This document shows, one piece after another, positions 28,907 through 39,648 of a stretch of DNA of 64,000 nucleotides. Positions within the stretch are counted from its first letter, which is position 1. The number at the start of each line of letters is the position of its first letter. The stretch comes from an uncultured Thermodesulfobacteriota bacterium. Lineage in GTDB: Bacteria > Desulfobacterota > GWC2-55-46 > JADFVP01. The stretch spans positions 556-64,555 of the forward strand of contig CAZMKZ010000003.1 of assembly GCA_964567185.1 (NCBI GenBank), given 5' to 3'. A program made the translations under genes and the position numbers. Below the pieces are notes generated by a model that saw nothing but the letters and a program-made list of their open reading frames with translations, made no database searches and was not told the DNA's origin.

Positions 28907-29882
28907 CAGCCACCATAGGAAGATCGAGTACCTGAGGATATCCGTTACGGACAGGTGCAACCTACGGTGCCTCTACTGCATGCCCGCAGAGGGCGTTAAT
29001 CTCGCAACCCCGGAATCCATACTCCGTTATGAGGAAATACTGCGCATAGCCCGCCTCTCGGTAAACCACGGCGTTACACGCATACGTGTAACCGGCGGCG
29101 AACCCCTTGTGCGAAAAGGCATAGTGGAGTTTATCAGGGAGTTATCCGGACTCAAGGGCCTCGAAGAGGTAAGCCTTACGACAAACGGCGTGGCCCTGAA
29201 GGAGTTTGCAGGGCGCCTGAAAGACGCCGGGCTGACGCGGGTGAACGTAAGCCTTGATTCCCTCAAAAGGGAGCGTTTTGCAAAGGTAACCAGGGGCGAC
29301 AAGCTCGACGCCGTCCTCGAAGGCCTTGAGGAGGCCCAGCGCGTTGGGCTGACTCCCGTAAAGATCAACATGGTGGTAATAAAGGGTTTTAATGACGATG
29401 AGATAGTGGATTTCGCCCGTATCTCAAGAGAAAAGCCCTATCACGTCCGTTTTATCGAGTATATGCCCTTTAATACCGAAGAGGGTTGGGATAGAGAAAA
29501 GTGCATCAGCGCCGATGAGATAAAAAGGCTTATCGAGGCCGAGGTGCCCCTTCTGCCCATAGAAGAGCGCGGCGCGGGAGCAGGACCTGCAAGACGCTTC
29601 AAGATAAAGGGCGCCCCCGGAGAGCTGGGTTTCATAAGCCCGGTTACAAGGCATTTTTGCGGCGAGTGCAACAGGCTCCGCCTTACGGCCGACGGCAAGA
29701 TCAGGGCCTGCCTCTTCTCGGACACCGAGGTGGACCTCAAAGGTGCCCTTCGTGACGGCTCAGATGACAGGGCTATCGAAGACCTGCTGTTTCACGCTGT
29801 CATGGAAAAACCCGCGGGCCATCATATAAACGAGAATATATTCAAGAGGTGCGCCCGCACCATGAGCCTTATCGGGGGGTAA
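28878..29882 (+). CDS. moaA: GTP 3',8-cyclase MoaA (radical SAM)
   Basis: LRISVTDRCNLRCLYC and the C-terminal Cys cluster CGECNRLRLTADGKIRAC. Confidence 0.9.
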   Translation: MKVTMRPLIDSHHRKIEYLRISVTDRCNLRCLYCMPAEGVNLATPESILRYEEILRIARLSVNHGVTRIRVTGGEPLVRKGIVEFIRELSGLKGLEEVSLTTNGVALKEFAGRLKDAGLTRVNVSLDSLKRERFAKVTRGDKLDAVLEGLEEAQRVGLTPVKINMVVIKGFNDDEIVDFARISREKPYHVRFIEYMPFNTEEGWDREKCISADEIKRLIEAEVPLLPIEERGAGAGPARRFKIKGAPGELGFISPVTRHFCGECNRLRLTADGKIRACLFSDTEVDLKGALRDGSDDRAIEDLLFHAVMEKPAGHHINENIFKRCARTMSLIGG

Positions 29883-29988
29883 TTAAAAAAAATTCTTTTG
29901 TAAAAAATGACGCGATCCCGGCCTTGTAAACGGGCTTCGCTGTGCGCAAGCCATCAAATAATCACACCCACAAAACATACAGTAAAAA

Positions 29989-30015
29989 CGGCCCCTTCAA
30001 AATGAAGGGGCCGTT
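29989..30015. terminator. Bidirectional terminator hairpin ACGGCCCCTTCAaaatGAAGGGGCCGT between moaA and the phosphoesterase gene
   Basis: A perfect stem. The T-run is on the minus strand and an A-rich run lies on the plus-strand side. Confidence 0.6.
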
Positions 30016-30044
30016 GCAGTTTTATACTCAAAACCATCCAACTC

Positions 30045-30779
30045 TTACCAGCCCAATTTCAGCCTCTCTGCAAGCCTTGGAGACAGACCTGCCTCAAGAA
30101 TTTTAGCCACCGTGGCGTCAATATCATACTCAACCCTGTGAAACGAGACCTCCGAGGCCTCGGTATCGTATATGGCATAGGAGCCCCTGGGGTCTTTATC
30201 ACGGCTCTGACCGAGCCCGCCGGGATTTATGAGGTAGCTGGCGCCCTTTTTCAACTTTATGAGATTATCGAGGTTCATCCGCACAGAATCCTTTGCCCCG
30301 AGATACGAGATGGGCACGTGCGTGTGGCCGAAGAAACAGAGGTTAAGGCCCTTTACCTTTTCAAGGAGCTTGAAGTTCCTGAGGGCGTCGGCGGCGCCGT
30401 ATATATAGCGGTCCGTATCGTTAATGGAGCCGTGAACGGCGTAGAACGCCTTGTCTACACGACGATACCTTGGCAACCGGGCAAGAAATTCACGGTTTTC
30501 TTCCGTAAGCACGCCCCTTGTCCACTCAATGGCATCGGCGGCGAGGAGGTTGAACTCCGAGAGGTCCTCAAGGCCGGCGGCCCTTGCGTCGTGATTGCCC
30601 ATGACACAGCGAATCTTTTTTTTCCTGATAAGCTCTATACACTCGTTGGGATTGGCATTGTAGCCCACCAGATCTCCGAGGCATATTATTTTATCGACGG
30701 GATTACTCTCAATGGACTCGAAAAAGGAGTTCAGTGCCTCAATATTCGCGTGTATATCTGAAATTATGGCGAAACGCAT
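30045..30779 (-). CDS. Calcineurin-like metallophosphoesterase (YfcE/MJ0936-like)
   Basis: MRFAIISDIHAN...GDLVGY...GNHD metallophosphatase motifs. Confidence 0.75.
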   Translation of the reverse strand: MRFAIISDIHANIEALNSFFESIESNPVDKIICLGDLVGYNANPNECIELIRKKKIRCVMGNHDARAAGLEDLSEFNLLAADAIEWTRGVLTEENREFLARLPRYRRVDKAFYAVHGSINDTDRYIYGAADALRNFKLLEKVKGLNLCFFGHTHVPISYLGAKDSVRMNLDNLIKLKKGASYLINPGGLGQSRDKDPRGSYAIYDTEASEVSFHRVEYDIDATVAKILEAGLSPRLAERLKLGW

Positions 30780-30864
30780 ATGTATTATATGTCCTCATTT
30801 ATTTTTTTATAAAAGGAAGGGGCAGGTCATGCCCCTCCGGAAGAGTAATGTAATCGATGTGAAG

Positions 30865-31173
30865 TTAATGTAGGATAGGCTTGAAGTCATCACCCAGTGG
30901 AGTTTGAAAACCAGTCTGCAAGGGGTCGGACATGAAGTTATCACGGCACTTCTTGCAGAGTATGAGTATCAGGTCAGTAGAGATATCCTCCACCTTTGTA
31001 AGTTCCATATTTTCGATTGTGTCAAGAAAGGTATTGATGCCTTCCTCAAGCTCTTCGGCGGGGTCCTCGCCTATGGAGCCTTCGAGATCGGCGAAACTCC
31101 TTATCTCCACGACATACTTCAGGGCATCGGGATCCATATCAATACCGCAGTTCTGACACCTAAGCTTTTCCAT
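30865..31173 (-). CDS. Small acidic zinc-ribbon protein (two CxxC pairs), function unknown
   Basis: CQNCG...CKKCRDNF in a 102-aa acidic protein. Confidence 0.4.
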   Translation of the reverse strand: MEKLRCQNCGIDMDPDALKYVVEIRSFADLEGSIGEDPAEELEEGINTFLDTIENMELTKVEDISTDLILILCKKCRDNFMSDPLQTGFQTPLGDDFKPILH

Positions 31174-31403
31174 ACTACCTGTACCCCCGTTATATACCTT
31201 CTCTGACGGAGACGAGACTTGTCTCAGAGATGGTATTTCGCTGTATTAGCGTTGATTAAATCTTAACCGTAAAAGGCGGTTTTGTCAAACCAAATAGATT
31301 TTTATAAGGGGCGCAGAGTCTTTTTCAAAGTGATCATAGTACCGTGGGGGTCCGTGCAATACCTGGCCAAACATGATATATTTTTTTAAGGATAATCAAT
31401 GAC

Positions 31404-33698
31404 ATGAAGATAAAGGCCTTTACAGAGGAAATTAAAAAATCCAGGGATTTCAAGGATGTGGCTCACCATGAGGTCATTGCGGCCAGACCCGCCGTAACAG
31501 GTCCGTGGCCTGATGGCATCTCAGCACTTATCCGTGAAAAACTTGGAGAAAAGGGCCTGAAAGACCTCTATATTCATCAGTCAGAAGGCATAGAGGCCCT
31601 GCTTGCCGAAAAAAATATCGTCATAATGACCCCAACGGCCAGCGGCAAGTCCCTTATCTATCAGTTGCCCATACTTCAGGCCCTGCAAGACGACCCTCTG
31701 TCCACGGCCCTTTATATCTCACCCCTCAAGGGTCTGCTCCATGACCAGCAGAGGGCCTTCCGGGAGCTTGGGCGCGGTATTGTTGGTGAGTCTTTTGCAG
31801 GCGGGAACGGCGTAAAAAAAAGGGGGCGTCCCGTAGGGATCTCTGAAATATACGACGGCGACACCACCTCATACAGGAGAAAAAAAATAAGGGAAGAGCC
31901 CCCTGCCCTCCTCCTTACCAACCCCGATATGCTTCACCTCTCCATAAACGCCTACCATCAGCAGTGGGAATCATTCCTGCGCAGGCTGAGATACGTTGTC
32001 ATAGACGAGGTGCACACCTATTGCGGGGTCTTCGGCTCTCATGTGGCAAATGTCTTTAGAAGATTTTTAAGGATCCTCAATCACTACGGCGTAAGGCCTC
32101 TCTTTGTATGCTGCTCGGCCACCATCGCCAACGCCGTAGAGCTCGCCGCCATGCTTACGGGCCTTGATTACGAGCTTATAAGCAGAAGCGGGGCACCATC
32201 GGGCACCCGAAACGTCATGTTCATCAACCCCGCCTCCGGGCAGAGCCCGTATACGCTGGCAACAAAGCTCTTTACGCTCTCTCTGGCAAATGGTTTTCGC
32301 ACCATCGCCTTTACAAAGGCCAGAAAGATTACGGAGCTCATGCACTCATGGGTTCTTCAGGGCACCCCTCAGTTAAAAAACAAGATATCCGCCTACCGTG
32401 CGGGTTTTCTGCCTGAAGAGAGGCGTTTAATAGAAAAAAGGCTCTTTTCAGGAGAACTTCATGGCGTAATTACCACAAGCGCGCTGGAGCTTGGCGTGGA
32501 TATCGGCGGCCTTGACGTATGCATACTCGTGGGCTACCCCGGAACAATAAACTCCACCTGGCAGAGGGGCGGAAGAGCGGGAAGGACAGGGCGGGACAGC
32601 CTCATCGTGCTTGTGGCCCTCGAAGACGCCCTTGACCAGTACTTCATGCGCTATCCCGAAGATTTTTTCCGACGCAGCGTAGAGGCCGCTGTCCTTGATA
32701 TGGAAAACCCCGTCATATTGAAACCCCATCTCCTCTGCTCCGCCTCGGAGACATACCTGAAATCAACGGATGCCGTCTATGACGTGCCGGCCCACAGGGA
32801 CCTCTTGAATGAACTGCAAAAAGAGGGAAAGGTCAGGTACTGGGAAAAAGGCGACATCTGGTACCCCAGGAAGAGGTACCCGCAGAGAGAGATTTCCATA
32901 CGGTCTTCAGGAGCGGTTTACCGCATTGTCACCAAGGCCGGCAAACTAATAGGCGAGTCAGGCTCGAAGAGGGTCTTTCATGACCTGCACCCCGGCGCCG
33001 TTTACATGCACGGCGGCGCGCTCTACAAGGTAGAAAAACTGGACATTGGAAACAGGAGCGTAACCGTAACCCCGGCTGATGATATCTATTATCATACAAC
33101 TGCCATAACTAATGAAGAAACCAAGATAATTTCAGTTGAGAGGCGCAAACGGCTAAAGTCCCTTCAGCTATTTCACGGTAGCCTGAGGGTCACTGAATGT
33201 GTGACGGGTTACAGGCGAAAGGAGATGTCCACGGAAAAAAACCTCGGTGATTTTCCGCTGAATCTGCCGCCCACTGTATTTACCACAAAGGGCATATGGA
33301 TGGAGGTTGACGAAGACATCCTTGCCGAGGCGCGGGAAAGGGGTTTTAGCTCCGACGGGGCCCTGCACGCCCTTGAGCACTGCGCCATCGCAACACTGCC
33401 GCTATACGCGCTCTGCGACCGTATGGACCTTGGCGGGATAAGCTATCCCTTCAACACGGAACTTGGGTCGCCGGCCATCTTCATATACGACGGTCATGAG
33501 GGCGGCGTTGGGCTGACGGAGCGCGGGTTCTATTATGTAGGTGATTGGTTCGCCTCTACCCTGAAGCTCATGGAAGAGTGTCCCTGCGAGGTCTCATGCC
33601 CCTCGTGCACGCAGGACCCCTGGTGCGGCAACGGCAATGAGCCGCTGGATAAACGCGGGGCCATACTGATACTGAAGAGATGGCTGGCTGTGGAATAA
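31404..33698 (+). CDS. DEXH-box helicase with a C-terminal DUF1998 domain (MrfA/YprA-like)
   Basis: Motif I TPTASGKS, motif II DEVH, motif III SAT and motif VI QRGGRAGR. The C-terminal Cys4 CPCEVSCPSCTQDPWCGNG is typical of DUF1998. Confidence 0.8.
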   Translation: MKIKAFTEEIKKSRDFKDVAHHEVIAARPAVTGPWPDGISALIREKLGEKGLKDLYIHQSEGIEALLAEKNIVIMTPTASGKSLIYQLPILQALQDDPLSTALYISPLKGLLHDQQRAFRELGRGIVGESFAGGNGVKKRGRPVGISEIYDGDTTSYRRKKIREEPPALLLTNPDMLHLSINAYHQQWESFLRRLRYVVIDEVHTYCGVFGSHVANVFRRFLRILNHYGVRPLFVCCSATIANAVELAAMLTGLDYELISRSGAPSGTRNVMFINPASGQSPYTLATKLFTLSLANGFRTIAFTKARKITELMHSWVLQGTPQLKNKISAYRAGFLPEERRLIEKRLFSGELHGVITTSALELGVDIGGLDVCILVGYPGTINSTWQRGGRAGRTGRDSLIVLVALEDALDQYFMRYPEDFFRRSVEAAVLDMENPVILKPHLLCSASETYLKSTDAVYDVPAHRDLLNELQKEGKVRYWEKGDIWYPRKRYPQREISIRSSGAVYRIVTKAGKLIGESGSKRVFHDLHPGAVYMHGGALYKVEKLDIGNRSVTVTPADDIYYHTTAITNEETKIISVERRKRLKSLQLFHGSLRVTECVTGYRRKEMSTEKNLGDFPLNLPPTVFTTKGIWMEVDEDILAEARERGFSSDGALHALEHCAIATLPLYALCDRMDLGGISYPFNTELGSPAIFIYDGHEGGVGLTERGFYYVGDWFASTLKLMEECPCEVSCPSCTQDPWCGNGNEPLDKRGAILILKRWLAVE

Positions 33699-33794
33699 TA
33701 ACGCTATCACATGAAATACCTCATAATAACGATAAAAACCCCGCCTTAAACTGAAAAAGGCGGGGTTTTCTGCTAAAAGCATCGATTGAGTATG

Positions 33795-34973
33795 TCAATC
33801 AAGGGTCTTGGCCTTGAGCTTTGGCGGATTTTCCGCATTATCTTCCGCGATGGCCTCGGCGTCAGGGGGCTCGCCGCCTATCTTTTTAAGTTCATCGGCA
33901 ACGGCATCGCCCATCTCCGAGCAGGAGACAAGCCTTGTGCCATTTTTGGCGGAATCGTAGATATCCGCCGTCCTGAGCCCGGCGTCAAGCACGGTCTGAA
34001 CGGCCTCCTCGATGGCAGAGGCGGGCTCTTCCATATTAAAGGAATACCTCATCATCATGGCGCAGGATAGTATGGTGGCAAGGGGGTTGGCGACGTTCTT
34101 GCCCGCTATGTCCGGGGCCGAGCCGTGAATAGGCTCGTACATGGACCTGTTTCTGATGGGTCCCAGCGATGCCGACGGGATAAGCCCGATGGATCCCGTG
34201 AGCATGGAGGCCTCATCGGAGAGGATGTCCCCGAAGGTGTTTTCCGTGACAATAACATCGAACTGTCCCGGATTCCTCACAAGCTGCATGGCGCAGTTAT
34301 CAACATACATATGCGAGAGCTCAACATCGGCGTACTCTTTGCCCACCTCTGTCACTATCTTTCTCCAGAGCTCCGTTGACTCAAGCACATTGGCCTTGTC
34401 TACGCTTACCACCTTCTTCTTTCTGAGGCGCGCCACCTCAAAGGCCACGACGGCTATCCTCTCTATCTCGTTCGTGGTATAGGTCATGGTGTTAGTGCCC
34501 TTTTCCGAGCCGTCGGAGAGCTTTTCCACCCCGCGGGGCGTACCGAAGTAAAGCCCCCCCGTAAGCTCCCTGACCACGAGTATATCAACGCCCCTTACAA
34601 CATCGGGCTTCAGTGAAGAGGCGTCTATGAGGGAGTCGTATATCTTTGTAGGACGCAGGTTGGCAAAAAGGGCAAGTTCCTTGCGGAGCTTCAGTAGCGC
34701 CCTCTCCGGCCTTACGGCATAATCAAGTCCTTCCCACTTTGGTCCTCCAACGGCCCCAAGCAGTATGGCGTCGCTTCTGAAGGCAAGGTCGAGGGTCTCG
34801 TCCGTAAGGGGTACGCCGGACTCGTCAATGGAGGCACCTCCAACAAGGGCCTCGACAAGAGTCCAGGAAACATTAAACTTTTTTCCGATGACCGTAAGGG
34901 TCTTAAGGGCCTCATCCACGATTTCGGGCCCGATGCCGTCCCCTTTGAGCACAGCTACCTTAAACCTCTTCAC
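33795..34973 (-). CDS. leuB: 3-isopropylmalate dehydrogenase
   Basis: [19 protein letters not shown]-terminus and IDH/IMDH family features, with a short C-terminal extension. Confidence 0.85.
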   Translation of the reverse strand: MKRFKVAVLKGDGIGPEIVDEALKTLTVIGKKFNVSWTLVEALVGGASIDESGVPLTDETLDLAFRSDAILLGAVGGPKWEGLDYAVRPERALLKLRKELALFANLRPTKIYDSLIDASSLKPDVVRGVDILVVRELTGGLYFGTPRGVEKLSDGSEKGTNTMTYTTNEIERIAVVAFEVARLRKKKVVSVDKANVLESTELWRKIVTEVGKEYADVELSHMYVDNCAMQLVRNPGQFDVIVTENTFGDILSDEASMLTGSIGLIPSASLGPIRNRSMYEPIHGSAPDIAGKNVANPLATILSCAMMMRYSFNMEEPASAIEEAVQTVLDAGLRTADIYDSAKNGTRLVSCSEMGDAVADELKKIGGEPPDAEAIAEDNAENPPKLKAKTLD

Positions 34974-35019
34974 AATATAATCTCCCCGGTTGTATAATTA
35001 TTTTAAGCCTGATTGATGG

Positions 35020-35250
35020 TTAGTGCTCTTCGCCGTCGCCTGCCGATATCTTCTGCAAAGACTCTATAAAGACCTCAAGTCCGCTTAAGGGCACTACCAC
35101 GGTGCTTTTTCTGTCATTGGAAAGCTCCGCAATCTGCATGAACCGTCCCCTGTTGTTCTCTCTGAGATCCACCCACAGGGTCTTGTTCTCTATATGGAGT
35201 TTCTCGCTTGCTATTATTGTGCTTTTTCTACCCTCTCTGCCCTCTCTCAT
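35020..35250 (-). CDS. PUR-alpha-like (DUF3276 family) small nucleic-acid-binding protein
   Basis: KTLWVDLRENNRGRFMQIAEL...VVVPLSGLEVFIESL matches the PUR repeat pattern (F/YxDxKENxRGRFLxI ... G-L-x-x-F). The start is probably internal, after the leuD stop. Confidence 0.45.
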   Translation of the reverse strand: MREGREGRKSTIIASEKLHIENKTLWVDLRENNRGRFMQIAELSNDRKSTVVVPLSGLEVFIESLQKISAGDGEEH

Positions 35251-35254
35251 TTCT

Positions 35255-35749
35255 CTATCCCCTTTTCTTCTTTTTAATTGACTGCAACAATCCACCGCAC
35301 TTCAGAAGCTCCTGCATGAAAGGAGGCACCGGTGAGGCATTGAAGGTTTTCTTTCTTGTGATGTTGCGTATGAGACCCCTGTCCATATCCACCTCAAGTA
35401 CATCGCCCTGCTTCGAGGCGGCGTGGGCCTCTGCCGACTCAAGTATTGGAAGCCCCATGTTAAAGGAATTCCTGAAAAAGATTCTCGCGAAGCTCTCCGC
35501 TATGACGCAGGAGACGCCGCTCGCCTTGATGGCAATGGGCGCGTGCTCACGTGACGAGCCGCAACCGAAGTTTTTCGCCGCAAGGATTATGTCGCCTTTT
35601 TTCACCTTTGAGCTGAACTCCGGGTCCTCATCCTCCATGCAATGAGCGGCCAACTCAGCAGGGTCCGAGGTATTCAGATACCTTGCCGGTATTATCCTGT
35701 CCGTATCTATGTCAGAGCCGTATTTCCAGACCCTACCCCTGAACTTCAT
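35255..35749 (-). CDS. leuD: 3-isopropylmalate dehydratase small subunit
   Basis: MKFRGRVWKYGSDIDTDRIIPARYL. Confidence 0.9.
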   Translation of the reverse strand: MKFRGRVWKYGSDIDTDRIIPARYLNTSDPAELAAHCMEDEDPEFSSKVKKGDIILAAKNFGCGSSREHAPIAIKASGVSCVIAESFARIFFRNSFNMGLPILESAEAHAASKQGDVLEVDMDRGLIRNITRKKTFNASPVPPFMQELLKCGGLLQSIKKKKRG

Positions 35750-35870
35750 CCCTTACTCCTTTTTTGCCTGTTTTTTTAGGTGAGCCCAGCCCACTCATTT
35801 GCCGTCTTCGTCAATTATGCGCGGAAGGTATCTTCAAAGACAGAAAGCCTCTTCCGCTATTGGTTTTATT

Positions 35871-36527
35871 TTATGCCTTTTCAGCCGTGATAATCTGCAG
35901 GAGTCCCTTATGGAGAAACTTCCTCCTGAATCCCTTGAAGCCCTCGCGCCGCAGCATACCCTGGATATCACACTCCAGCCAGTCCCTTGCTTCGCTCCCC
36001 TCGGTAAAGAGGAAGAAAAAACGCTGAAGAGCCCCGGCCAGGCCCGTGGCCTTATGATAGTCTTCTATAACAAGCCTGCCGCCGCTTTCAAGGATACGGG
36101 CGGCCTCCCTCAAGGCGGCCCCGGTCTGAAGCGGTTCAACCTCATGGAGACCCATGCAGACCAACGCCCGGTCGAATGTGGCGTCACGAAATGGAAGTGA
36201 GGCCGAATCACTCCGTACCAGACCAATAGAAAGGCCCTTGCTTCGGGATTTTGCCCCGGCCACCTTCAACATGGGCGCGCTTATATCCGTTGCAACGGCA
36301 TACGCGCCATACCTGCGCGCAAGAAGCGAGAGCGTTGCCGTACCGGCGAATATCTCAAGGGTTCTCTTACCCTCAAGGGGCATGGCCTCATTTATGAAAG
36401 CCTGTCTCAGCCGCTTCTCGCCGCCCATAAAAAGGCTGATAAACCAGATACCAAGGTCGTAAAAAGGGGCGATAATATCAAAGTCAAGGGAGCGGGACGG
36501 GGCTTTTCTTCTAACCTGCTTTCTCAT
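35871..36527 (-). CDS. Class I SAM-dependent methyltransferase (UbiE/COQ5-like)
   Basis: SAM motif I LEIFAGTATLS and an acidic motif II. The gene is embedded between leuC and leuD. Confidence 0.7.
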   Translation of the reverse strand: MRKQVRRKAPSRSLDFDIIAPFYDLGIWFISLFMGGEKRLRQAFINEAMPLEGKRTLEIFAGTATLSLLARRYGAYAVATDISAPMLKVAGAKSRSKGLSIGLVRSDSASLPFRDATFDRALVCMGLHEVEPLQTGAALREAARILESGGRLVIEDYHKATGLAGALQRFFFLFTEGSEARDWLECDIQGMLRREGFKGFRRKFLHKGLLQIITAEKA

Positions 36528-36676
36528 CCAGCCTCTTTATAGACCGTATCAGCCTATGTCCATGGCTCCCCACCCGTATTTTTAAACCATCTCCCCTTCG
36601 GCCCTTTTCAGGCAGACCTGCTTATGCCCCCTCCCCTTTTGTTACAGTGCCCTTGCTCCCCCCTTAAGAGGCCCCT

Positions 36677-37948
36677 TCAGGCGGCTTTTCTGCCCATTAC
36701 CTCGTCGGGATGGGCGATATAGCCTTTTATGGCCGAGGCCGCGGCTACGGCAGGGTTAGAGAGGTAGACCTCACTTTTGGGGTGGCCCATACGTCCTACG
36801 AAGTTTCTGTTCGTAGTGGATATGGCGACCTCGCCCTCGGCGAGTATGCCCATGTGGCCGCCGAGACAGGGGCCGCACGTTGGGGGGCTGATAATGGCGC
36901 CGGCCTCTGTAAATATCTGAAAGTATCCCCTTTTCAGCGCCTCTTTGTATATCATGGGAGTAGCGGGAATTATAATGAGCCTTACATAGGGGGCAACTTT
37001 TCGGCCCTTCAGAATCTTCGCCGCTATTTCAAGGTCTTCTATCCTGCCGTTGGTGCATGAGCCGATTATGCTCTGGTCTATGCTTATCCTACCGATTTCA
37101 CTGATGTTTTTCGTATTTTCCGGCAATGACGGCAGGGCCACTTTTGGCTCTATCGAGGTTGTGTCAATCTCGATAACCTCGGCGTATTTCGCGTCAGCAT
37201 CACTGGCGTAAAATTTATACCTGCGCTCGGCGCGGCCCTTGACGTATTTTTCCGTAATCGCGTCAGGCGGAATTATGCCGTTCTTGGCCCCTGATTCTAT
37301 GGCCATATTGCACATGGAAAGCCTGCTCTCCATGGAGAGGCGCTCAATGGTATCCCCGCAGAACTCCATTGCCCTGTAAAGGGCGCCGTCAACGCCTATT
37401 TGACCGATAACATGAAGGATAAGGTCTTTGCCGGAGACCCATTTGCGGAGTTTGCCATGGAAGATGAACTTCATGGATTCCGGGACCTTGAACCAGAGCT
37501 CGCCCGTAATCATGGCGGCGGCAAGGTCTGTTGAACCCACGCCTGTGGCAAATGCGCCGATGGCGCCGTAGGTGCATGTATGGGAGTCCGCCCCTATGAC
37601 AAGGTCACCGGGCACGACTACGCCGCGCTCAGGCAAAAGGGCGTGCTCCACGCCCACATCGCCGCCCTCGTAGTAGTGGCTGAGGCGGTGCTTTTTCGCG
37701 AATTCACGGAGCACCTTTACCTGCTCGGCGGATTTTATGTCTTTATTGGGCGTAAAGTGGTCGGGCACAAGGACGACCCTGTTTCTGTTAAAGACCTTTT
37801 TCGCGCCAGTCCCCTCAAAGCCCTTTATGGCAATGGGAGCGGTGATGTCATTGCCAAGGGCGATGTCTACCTTCGCGTTAATGAGTTCCCCGGGCGATAC
37901 GTATTTTTTTCCCGCGTGACGGGCCAGAATCTTCTCGGTTATTGTCAT
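36677..37948 (-). CDS. leuC: 3-isopropylmalate dehydratase large subunit
   Basis: Aconitase-family Cys ligands. The start is probably at MTITEKIL and the ORF track extends upstream to 37996. Confidence 0.9.
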   Translation of the reverse strand: MTITEKILARHAGKKYVSPGELINAKVDIALGNDITAPIAIKGFEGTGAKKVFNRNRVVLVPDHFTPNKDIKSAEQVKVLREFAKKHRLSHYYEGGDVGVEHALLPERGVVVPGDLVIGADSHTCTYGAIGAFATGVGSTDLAAAMITGELWFKVPESMKFIFHGKLRKWVSGKDLILHVIGQIGVDGALYRAMEFCGDTIERLSMESRLSMCNMAIESGAKNGIIPPDAITEKYVKGRAERRYKFYASDADAKYAEVIEIDTTSIEPKVALPSLPENTKNISEIGRISIDQSIIGSCTNGRIEDLEIAAKILKGRKVAPYVRLIIIPATPMIYKEALKRGYFQIFTEAGAIISPPTCGPCLGGHMGILAEGEVAISTTNRNFVGRMGHPKSEVYLSNPAVAAASAIKGYIAHPDEVMGRKAA

Positions 37949-38099
37949 GGGAGCCATATGCAAACCTCTGTCCTTACTATGATTAATTGGTAACATGAAT
38001 TAGTTATAAGGGCAACCGCCAGAAAGCCCTCTGTTCTGCGCGCCTCCTGGCCGCTTATCCGCCCACATGCCCGATTTGGCCGCCATTTCGGAAAAGGCT

Positions 38100-39635
38100 C
38101 TAAATAATGCCCTCTCTCTTATGGCGTTTTCTGTATTCGAGCCTGTTAAGGGCGTTTACGTATGCCTTGGCGCTGGCCACTATAATGTCCGTATGCGCGC
38201 CCTGTCCAAGCGCTATGCACTCTCCCTCGGATATGCGCACCGTGACCTCGCCCTGAGCGTCCGTACCTCCTGTAATGGCGTTCACGGAATACTTCAGGAG
38301 CTTGCTCCTTGTATTGGTAATCTTTTTTATGGTCCTGTACGCGGCGTCAACGGGTCCGTCGCCAACAACGCTCTCCTTCACTTTTTTGCCATGGACCTCC
38401 ATCTCCACCGTGGCAACGGGGTGGGTCTCCGTGCCGCTGTGAACATCAAGGGTAAGAAGCTTGAACTCCTCGATATTATCCATCCTCAGGACCTCGTCCT
38501 GCACAATGGCCTCAATGTCCTCGTCAAAGACCTCTTTTTTCTTATCGGCGAGGAGTTTAAACCTCTCAAAGGCCTTCTGGAGGTTCTCGGAGTCAATCTC
38601 GTAACCCAGCTCGCTGATGCGCGTGGCAAAGGCGTGCCTGCCCGAGTGCTTGCCCATTACAAGGGTGGAGCGGGCAAGCCCGACGGATTCCGGCCTCATT
38701 ATCTCATAAGTGGCCTTATCCTTGAGCAGTCCGTCCTGATGAATGCCCGACTCGTGTGCAAAGGCGTTTTCCCCTACAATGGCCTTGTTGGGCTGAATTC
38801 CAATGCCGGTTATGCCGCTTACGAGGCGCGAAGAGGGGTATATCTGTGTAGAGTCTATATTCGTCTCAAGACCGAGCGTATCGCCATGTGTCTTTATTAT
38901 CATGACGAGCTCCTCAAGAGAGGCATTGCCGGCGCGCTCGCCGATGCCGTTAATCGTGCATTCGAGCTGTCTGGCCCCGTTAATAACGGCAGAGAGCGAG
39001 TTGGCCGTGGCAAGCCCCAGGTCGTTGTGGCAGTGGACGGAGATAACGGCCTTTTCTATGCCTGGCACGTTCTTTTTAATACCGGCTATGAGACCACCGA
39101 AGGAATCGGGGAGCGCGTAACCCACGGTATCGGGTATATTGAGCGTAGTAGCCCCGGCCTTGATAACGGCAGTGAGCACCTCGTAGAGATACTCCGGGTC
39201 GCTCCGCGAGGCGTCCATGGGTGAGAACTCCACGTCCTCCACATAACCTCTGGCCCTTTCCACCATCTCGACGGCCCTCTTCATGGCTTCACTTTTTGTC
39301 ATCTTGAACTGGTACTTCAAGTGAATATCAGAGGTAGAGATAAAGGTATGTATGCGCACCTTCGGGGCGCCTTTAAGGGCCTCGGCGGCGCGGTCAATGT
39401 CTTCTGGCTTTGCGCGGGCAAGACTGCTTATGACAGGGCCTTCCACCTCGGCCGCAATGGCCCTGATAGACTCGAAATCGCCGGGCGAGCTGTAGGCGAA
39501 ACCCGCCTCTATGACATCGACGCCGAGCCTTGCGAGCTGACGGGCGACGATGAGTTTTTCGTCTACGTTCATGGAAGCGCCGGGCGATTGCTCACCGTCG
39601 CGAAGTGTCGTATCCAGTATCTTTACAATATCCAT
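38100..39635 (-). CDS. leuA: 2-isopropylmalate synthase
   Basis: [20 protein letters not shown]-terminus, HMGL-like TIM barrel and LeuA dimerisation domain. Confidence 0.9.
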   Translation of the reverse strand: MDIVKILDTTLRDGEQSPGASMNVDEKLIVARQLARLGVDVIEAGFAYSSPGDFESIRAIAAEVEGPVISSLARAKPEDIDRAAEALKGAPKVRIHTFISTSDIHLKYQFKMTKSEAMKRAVEMVERARGYVEDVEFSPMDASRSDPEYLYEVLTAVIKAGATTLNIPDTVGYALPDSFGGLIAGIKKNVPGIEKAVISVHCHNDLGLATANSLSAVINGARQLECTINGIGERAGNASLEELVMIIKTHGDTLGLETNIDSTQIYPSSRLVSGITGIGIQPNKAIVGENAFAHESGIHQDGLLKDKATYEIMRPESVGLARSTLVMGKHSGRHAFATRISELGYEIDSENLQKAFERFKLLADKKKEVFDEDIEAIVQDEVLRMDNIEEFKLLTLDVHSGTETHPVATVEMEVHGKKVKESVVGDGPVDAAYRTIKKITNTRSKLLKYSVNAITGGTDAQGEVTVRISEGECIALGQGAHTDIIVASAKAYVNALNRLEYRKRHKREGII

Positions 39636-39648
39636 TTCTTAATTTTCC

